Part shown: positions 9,796 to 15,787 of the stretch, in pieces
How the letters are laid out: each line of letters opens with the position of its first letter
Numbering within the stretch: the stretch's first letter is position 1
Source of the DNA: Caecitellus pseudoparvulus
Taxonomy: Eukaryota > Protista > Bigyra: Bicosoecida
Length of the DNA: 15,787 nucleotides
Direction of reading: 5' to 3'
NCBI GenBank assembly: GCA_965644315.1
Contig: CBFFRQ010000128.1
Coordinates: 1 to 15,787, forward strand
The notes under the pieces: generated by a model
Told to the model about the DNA's origin: nothing
The model's input: the letters and a program-made list of their open reading frames with translations, nothing else
The model's database searches: none
Translations under genes and position numbers: made by a program

Positions 9796-10552
9796 CTAGC
9801 CCAACGAGCGGTGTGCTATCGTCTGAAGTCCGTGCTTACCAAGGCCAAGGGTTCTACATGTCTGGTCGAGCACCCTTGGCTGCGTGCCCTGGTATCACTT
9901 GCCCCACAGCCTGTGCCATGCGACAGTTGTATCTTTCAACTTGCTTGTATAAAACTGCAGCTTGAAGAGCAGGTGCTGCTGCTGCCCCGTCAGACAACCG
10001 AGCAGCGCCTCCATGCCCAGCAGCTCTGTGCAGACGGCTTGCACTGCAGCCTCACGCTCCGGCAGCTGTGCTGCGTGCAAGAGGCGTGACAACACCGCTG
10101 TTGCTTTGGAGGTGGATGATCAAATGGCCGCGCACGCATCTGTGAGCCGTGCGACCTTCACCTGTGCCTCATGCCGCTCTTGCATCCAGCCCTGGAGCCA
10201 GGCAGCTTGTGTATGGTGGCTTTGCGAGCTGGTTGTGAACACCTGCACCACACGTTCGGCCTCATGTGTTTCTTGGGTATCTCTTTCTGAAGCTTGCAGC
10301 TCCGCTGCCACGAACTCACACTCCTGTCGTGTCTCGGCAACCACTTCTTCCAGTGCGGCAAGTTTGGCGCCTGCTGCGGCGAGGAGATGGTCGTGTTGCA
10401 GGGCACCTTCCAATCACTTGACGCGTCGGTGTCCGGCAAGGTGCACACCTTCGGATTCCACATGTGCCGTCAGCTCAGCTGGTGCTGCATCTGATTCGCG
10501 TTCGCTTGGAAGGCCAGGCAAGGCTCCTGGCGGGGGCACGTTGCTCGTCTCA
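9796..10552 (-). pseudogene. Decayed reading frame with coiled-coil-like segment, abutting the transposon left end
   Basis: ORFs 10414..10617, 10120..10413 and 9895..10095 share one frame, separated only by single stops (TGA 10414, TGA 10120, TGA 9895, TAG 9796); A/E/Q/L-rich translation. Confidence 0.4.
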
Positions 10553-10577
10553 TGTGTAGTGAAACGGCTTGCGATGG
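10553..10577 (+). repeat. Left terminal inverted repeat TGTGTAGTGAAACGGCTTGCGATGG
   Basis: 23/25 match to the reverse complement of 15141-15165; outer 16 bp perfect. Confidence 0.92.
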
Positions 10578-10962
10578 GGTTCCTCATCGCAAGCCGAAAT
10601 CTCATCGCAAAACACAATGTTGGGCTAGGAGAGCTGGCCTTTTTGGAACTCTTGAAATTGTACTTGTAAAGATCAATTCATTCAGGTTTATTTCCTGGGA
10701 CCCGATATTTGCGGACGTATGCTTATCAAGCACTTTGGACAGCGGAAATTGGGCACGGTTTTGCGATGAGGTTCTCAGAGATGTCGCACATACAAAAACA
10801 TCTCCACCAACATAACACGCAACGCAGGTTAGGAAGATTCATCTGTCTTGTACCATCTCTTGCATGTCCAAGCTCTCTTCTTTGCTCACAGCCCACATTA
10901 GATCTTATCAAATTCCGCAATCCCGATTCTCTGCGATGGCTTCGCTAGGCTCGCAGAGAGCC

Positions 10963-12346
10963 ATGAACGAGTACACAAAGCTTGGCATTGAGTCCTCAAG
11001 TACCACATCATCAAGCCAGTTGGAGATGACCATCCTTTTTGAGGTGTGTACTGCGCCACGTGTGTTGTGCTTCTGCGCAGGCGCGTGCCATTTTCCGCTC
11101 ACATATTGTGCAGTTCGCGAACGACTGGATGGTCAGTCATCTATCATCGGGCAAGTTTTGCCTTCCTTCGTTTCCCAGTTCTGTATCTGGTGCGGCCCCT
11201 ATGCTGAAGCTGCTGCAGAACAGCTGTGACGAGTCGTCCCCGGAGTTGGTCGTGATGGGGCCACTGTCCAACCCTATCGGCCTGTTACAGAAGCGCGGGC
11301 AGCCTGTGTCGGAGCTGGAAGAGGCTGGCACCATGCCAGCTCGAGTGGTGACGCGCTGCGCAGCTTCGCTTGTGTCAAAGTTTCCTCCATTATCTTTAGT
11401 ACGTAGGCTCCAAGGTCACAGGTCAGCCAAGCGGATGTCACAGAGCTTGAAGCAAAGCATTGAGCAGGTCCACCAGGCCAGAACCAGCTTCTTTGAGTCC
11501 CTGACAGATGGAAGTAGCATTGCTTGGATTGGCCCTGATGCCGCTGCACCATTCGTCCCTTTTGCAGCTCTCCAGCGGAGCCCCCATGCGGTGGATTGCT
11601 CCGGTAAGACACTCCCTCTGAAGATGATGGCTGCAGCAGTCCACACATACTTCGCGTTGGAGAGTATTGGCAGAATGGGGTCCCCTGCTGTAGAGATCGA
11701 GCGCTTACGGGCGGGTGCACGAGACGTCGAGCTGTCAACTCCCCTCAGCGAGCCCTGGCAACCGCAGCCTCGCTTCGGCAGCCCTCATCCTCACGTGCCC
11801 TGCACACCAAGCCTAGAAACACCCGAAGGTGGAGCTGTAGGGGCAGCTACGGGGCAGGGCGGATCTTCTGGTGCTCCGCCAGCTGCGTCATCGCCCATAC
11901 CACAGCCGCAGTTTCCGGAGTCAACTGAGGCAAGCCGCCAAGCTGAGGCTGAGTCTCGGGCGCACATTGCAGTTGATACTGCAAGGAGTGCCACCAAAAC
12001 TCCAGGGCGCACGGAGAATGCGCAAGCTCTTTTGGCAGTAATGAGGACCATGCGCGAAGTCACACAGACCCTGACTGTACAGGGTGAAGACCTCGCGGAG
12101 GTCAAGGACTTGCGCAGGTTGGCCGCTCGAGGCGAAGCGGCGGTTCTCATGTCTCACATGGAAACCGCCGCGAGGGTGGACTGGATAGTGGCTGTGTTGG
12201 GGACACTTTATCCATCAGTTGAACAGCCACCTCCTCGATCCATTGACGTGCATGACCCGAACGTGCGGAGCAGCCTGACTTCAGAGTTTGATGCGATGGC
12301 ATCCAGGGCGGAGCAGCACCAGGCCCAAGACATCCTAGATGCGTAA
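10963..12346 (+). CDS. Transposon accessory protein of unknown function, ~437 aa; exons 10963-11043 and 11114-12346
   Basis: Phase-0 intron 11044-11113 (GAG|GTGTGT..CTCAC..TGCAG, 70 nt) joins ORF 10864..11229 to ORF 11039..12346 in frame. In-frame ATGs at 10864 and 10936 are alternative starts. Confidence 0.75.
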
Positions 12347-12440
12347 GGGCTGTACTAGCATTGCACTCTGTCGATGTATTGTATTCACGACAACCAGAGG
12401 GTGCTCAAGTGAACGTACCATTATCGTGGGGACCCTGGAA

Positions 12441-14705
12441 TCACTGTTTGAGCAAGCCACGAACTCGATCCCAATGTTGTCTCAGTGGTGAAACCATGAG
12501 AGCTAATGGCTCGATTGGAAATTGCGACAGCAAAGTACACTCTCCTGCAAGCCGTCTGTAGCCCTCGGTTGCCTCAATATCTTCAAACAAGTGTGCTTGC
12601 TTGCCGTCCGCGGTTGTGACCTGCTCCTCTGCTCCATTTTCATGAAAGCTCCACAATCGCACCATTGTTGCACCGTGCAGAGTTTCACTATCGACAAGCC
12701 AGTAGCCCCACTCGTCGCAATCTCCCCCTGAGTACCGTATGGGGTCGATTACTTGCCAGAGTTGTCCATGAACAAGGGCGTGCTCCACTCTCCGATCGGG
12801 ATCCTGCCTCGCTTGCTTGGCCCTCCCTTCTGCTTCCGATTCCAGTGTTGGCTGATGAACAGTACCATCGTAGTCCAAGTTGGGGGCACGAGCCCGTTTT
12901 CTTCGCCTTCTCCTGTGAGCCATGCCATCTCGTTTGGGGCAAGCATCTGCGTGCGCCTCCTTGTCTACTGCATCCTCACTGAGAGCCATGGGGCCACCCC
13001 CAGGACTGGAAGGAACCCCAGCTCCCTCCGTCTCTATTCGCCGTAGTTGTGCACGAAGCCAACTCATACCCTGACCGACCGACTCAAGCATCATTGCATG
13101 GTCCGGGTCAATGCAATTTAAAATTGAGTTTGCGAGCTGGAGCCAGTATAACGTGCTTCCCTGCTTCGCCAGCCGACGTCCACACCGGCGCTTGGCAAGT
13201 TCATGCCACTGCTTGTGAAGTAGAGACCGATTTCTTCTTGCGACGTATCTGGGATGTGCTGTGTGGTATGTCCTGGGTCTTTGCGGCTCGTACGTGCTGG
13301 AATGAGTCAAGACACTGCGAACTTGTGCTGCAAACTGGTGCATGCCCGCCCTTGCGATTCGACCATCTACCCATTCTGCGGATCGAGCACGCTTATTCTC
13401 CCACATGGCCCGGAAGTTTGCCGCAGCAACGACTGTCTCCACGAGGTCGACTACATGGCTCTCCCTGCCAACGGTGAACCTCATTGTTCCGAACCGCGTG
13501 CTGAATCGGGGGTTGAAGCACTTGACATGGTGTATAGCGTTCTCGACCACTATCCTGAGCTGTGTGATCATCCTACTTCGCATCTCGCGAACAAATGTAA
13601 TGCCAACAGCCGCGTCAAGAAGTTCCTCTGAAAGGGGGTGACTACTGGTCCCGCAGCTCCGCAGAGATTCAATGGACTCCCCCCAAGCTTTCTGAGATGT
13701 GGCAGATACAGGGACAAGCATGTCAGCGCGAGCTGCGTATCCCCCATCGACAATAGCTTTGTCTCCATCTTGTAGCACCCCGAGCGACTTCAGCTTGCAG
13801 TGAAGCTTCATCGCGGCTGGTCCCTCTGCAGAGCTACCCCTGCCAGTCTCTTGTACTCCAACTATGGTACCGTCCAGAAGGACGGCCAATATGAAATCAT
13901 GACCCCGTCCCCCCTCGAGGTGGTGCATGTTTGCCCTACTTGGATCATCTGCGGAATCCTGGGTCAAAGGAACCGTGAACCCATCGTATGCGACGACCAC
14001 ATTTCCCAAAATTCCCCCATACATGCTGTGCATACGCTTTCGTTGCAGCTCTGTTGGTGGTCGCCACAGAAATCGGGTAAGAACCTCCTTCACAATTGGT
14101 AGCAGCCGTCGAGAGAAGTTCTGAACGCTTCTGGCGCTGCACCCAAGCGCGTCTTCAATGTCTGACGCAGTCCGGCCACGAACCAGCGCGAGGACTGAGA
14201 AGCAAGCGACGCTGGTGTGGTACCCCTGCCCGTGCAGGCCACCTTGCCTTCCCAGTACTTCCCGTTCCACTCTTGACACCAGAGCAGACGCTGCATCTGG
14301 GGTGAATCCAGTCCAACGTCTGCACGAACGCTCGCTCCTCAGCAGGCGTGACACGGCCGCCATAGCCGCCTCGTTGTTCATGCGCTGATAGCGCCGAGGG
14401 GCACCTTGACTGGTTCCCAACCTTGCACCAGTGAGTCCACGAAGAGCGTCAGCAAGCCTGCAGGCACTTACCACCCTATCTACCAATTCCATGAGCAAAT
14501 CGGCCGAGCTGGACAGGCTACTGTGCACAGCTGTCAAGAACATGGCCTCTCTCACTCCAAACAAAGGTTTCTCCACCAAGAACAGCGCACTTTGTGTTTG
14601 GCGTGGTGGTTGTGGCCACACTGCCAATTGACGATCAATGCTCATCACCGGTAGCGGCCGAAGTGGTCCAAGGTGAGACCTGAAGGTAGAAAGCAAGGGA
14701 ATCAT
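12441..14705 (-). CDS. DDE transposase of the IS5-related PIF/Harbinger/ISL2EU (DDE_Tnp_4-like) type with long C-terminal extension
   Basis: Ordered motifs RRWTGFT, HTH-like SDIEDALGCSARSVQNFSRR, GNVVVAYDGFTVPL (D1), DGTIV...GSSAE, GDKAIVDGGY (D2), RIVVENAIHHVK (E). 5' end may be spliced (acceptor-like CCTTCAG near 14680, GTAAGT near 14471). Confidence 0.85.
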   Translation of the reverse strand: MIPLLSTFRSHLGPLRPLPVMSIDRQLAVWPQPPRQTQSALFLVEKPLFGVREAMFLTAVHSSLSSSADLLMELVDRVVSACRLADALRGLTGARLGTSQGAPRRYQRMNNEAAMAAVSRLLRSERSCRRWTGFTPDAASALVSRVEREVLGRQGGLHGQGYHTSVACFSVLALVRGRTASDIEDALGCSARSVQNFSRRLLPIVKEVLTRFLWRPPTELQRKRMHSMYGGILGNVVVAYDGFTVPLTQDSADDPSRANMHHLEGGRGHDFILAVLLDGTIVGVQETGRGSSAEGPAAMKLHCKLKSLGVLQDGDKAIVDGGYAARADMLVPVSATSQKAWGESIESLRSCGTSSHPLSEELLDAAVGITFVREMRSRMITQLRIVVENAIHHVKCFNPRFSTRFGTMRFTVGRESHVVDLVETVVAAANFRAMWENKRARSAEWVDGRIARAGMHQFAAQVRSVLTHSSTYEPQRPRTYHTAHPRYVARRNRSLLHKQWHELAKRRCGRRLAKQGSTLYWLQLANSILNCIDPDHAMMLESVGQGMSWLRAQLRRIETEGAGVPSSPGGGPMALSEDAVDKEAHADACPKRDGMAHRRRRRKRARAPNLDYDGTVHQPTLESEAEGRAKQARQDPDRRVEHALVHGQLWQVIDPIRYSGGDCDEWGYWLVDSETLHGATMVRLWSFHENGAEEQVTTADGKQAHLFEDIEATEGYRRLAGECTLLSQFPIEPLALMVSPLRQHWDRVRGLLKQ

Positions 14706-15140
14706 GCATCAGTTGGCGGGGGTTCATACGCAGGTACATCACTTGATTCCCGCCATCCAAGGGTATGAAACTGAGCGCAAAAAGCGGAATTTCCTCACCA
14801 TGGAGTCTGCATTGCAACACAAGCACGAGTGATAGAGAACTATAAAGAAGCATTTCACGTTTACTTAGCCGTGAGAAGCGCCCCGCTTGAGTTTGGAATG
14901 TCAAATTTGCGGTTTAGCTTGATATCTTGGCATCCCAATGATATCAGGTCCATCGCAAACGTTAGAATGCAAATTGAACTCTACGTTGTGCATGTAGAGC
15001 AATATGACTACAAAAACTTGTTCAAGCAATTACCACAAACAGGATACATTTATATTCAAAAGATCAGCGCTGGAGATCTTCTACTCGTGTCTATCGCAAA
15101 AGCCATCGCAGAGCCATCGCAGAGGCAGTTTTGCGATGGG

Positions 15141-15165
15141 CCATAGCAGGCCGTTTCACTACACA
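15141..15165 (-). repeat. Right terminal inverted repeat
   Basis: CCATAGCAGGCCGTTTCACTACACA, inverse of 10553-10577, followed by TCTCA. Confidence 0.92.
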
Positions 15166-15787
15166 TCTCAGCAAGACACTCTCTCCCCGCATTGGCACAA
15201 CTCAAACCGCGCGTTCCCAACGGCGACGAAAATCCCGTCAGGAAACCGCCATCCACTAAAGTTCTTCAACCCATGATCAGTGTGTGCCTGTATACCCCTG
15301 CGCTGTGTCAGGAAGTGGTGCGTGCGCGCAGGCGTGTCGCGAGTAGTTGCGATAAACAAGCAAGTACTTCTCACACAATCTGTGCATAAGCGCTGACACA
15401 GCGGCATCATCTGCATGATCACAGACTTGGCATCATCAAGATTTCAAAACTTCCCCTGCCGCAAACCTGTTGCTCTTCTGCGAGCCATCACGGAGCTTCA
15501 CTCGCACAAGCTTGCCGCAACCTGTACCACCAACTTCAGCGTCGGCCACTGGCGTCACTCACCATGGCAACTTATGATGATCCGGAAAATCTCGCAGACC
15601 GGTGGAAAGCCACCTGTGAAGAGGAGAATGCAGATCGGCTGTGGCACATCTTGCTACAAGCCAGCGTTCGGACTGCCACTTTGGCCGAGGCACTGACCAG
15701 CTCAGACATAACAGCTGGGTTTCAGGTTGCATGTGGAAAGGGTCACTTGGAGTTGATGTGTGGGTTACTGGCCCTGACTGGGGCGCG

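Larger units (their letters stand above)
10553..15165. mobile_element. Full-length 4613-bp DNA transposon with PIF/Harbinger/ISL2EU-type transposase and a convergent accessory gene
   Basis: 25-bp TIRs, TCTCA directly repeated at 10548-10552 and 15166-15170, subterminal motifs, DDE transposase ORF inside. Confidence 0.9.

Noticed and set aside
9796-10416. TGA reassigned as a sense codon
   Set aside because: The same frame also has a TAG, and the long intact ORFs use TGG for Trp with no internal TGA; decay is simpler.
8906-10669. Plus-strand ORFs of 297, 146 and 235 aa
   Set aside because: Ser/Cys/Arg-rich translations antisense to better-supported minus-strand frames.
15157-15161. CACTA (and TAGTG at 10557-10561) suggesting an EnSpm/CACTA element
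   Set aside because: The pentamers lie 4 bp inside the ends and in the wrong orientation, and the transposase motifs are Harbinger/IS5-like.
15171-15787. Short ORFs right of the transposon
   Set aside because: No coherent frame, motif or splice pattern I can support.

Overview
Left end of a eukaryotic chromosome (TTAGGG-type telomere, GC-rich genes, short GT-AG introns; the organism cannot be identified from the sequence). A terminal (CCCTAA)n tract (1-1522) is followed by two head-to-tail, apparently identical 2.92-kb elements (1523-4444, 4450-7372) and then a second ~350-bp telomere tract (7373-7722). All three element junctions consist of a single CTAAC pentamer. The element has no TIR, LTR, poly(A) or recognisable RT/transposase. 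It encodes a ~694-aa protein (possibly 869 aa after splicing) with a basic NLS-like patch and a candidate papain-fold Cys-His-Asn triad; this is the best candidate for an undescribed telomere-targeting system. The inner tract cuts off a spliced minus-strand gene mid-exon (likely a healed break), and that gene ends in a P-element-transposase-like motif. Further in are a decayed coiled-coil-like reading frame and a complete 4.6-kb DNA transposon (10553-15165). The transposon has 25-bp TIRs, a TCTCA (or CTC) duplication, ten subterminal motifs, a PIF/Harbinger/ISL2EU-type DDE transposase and a convergent spliced accessory gene. All family assignments are by eye from motifs; no searches were run.
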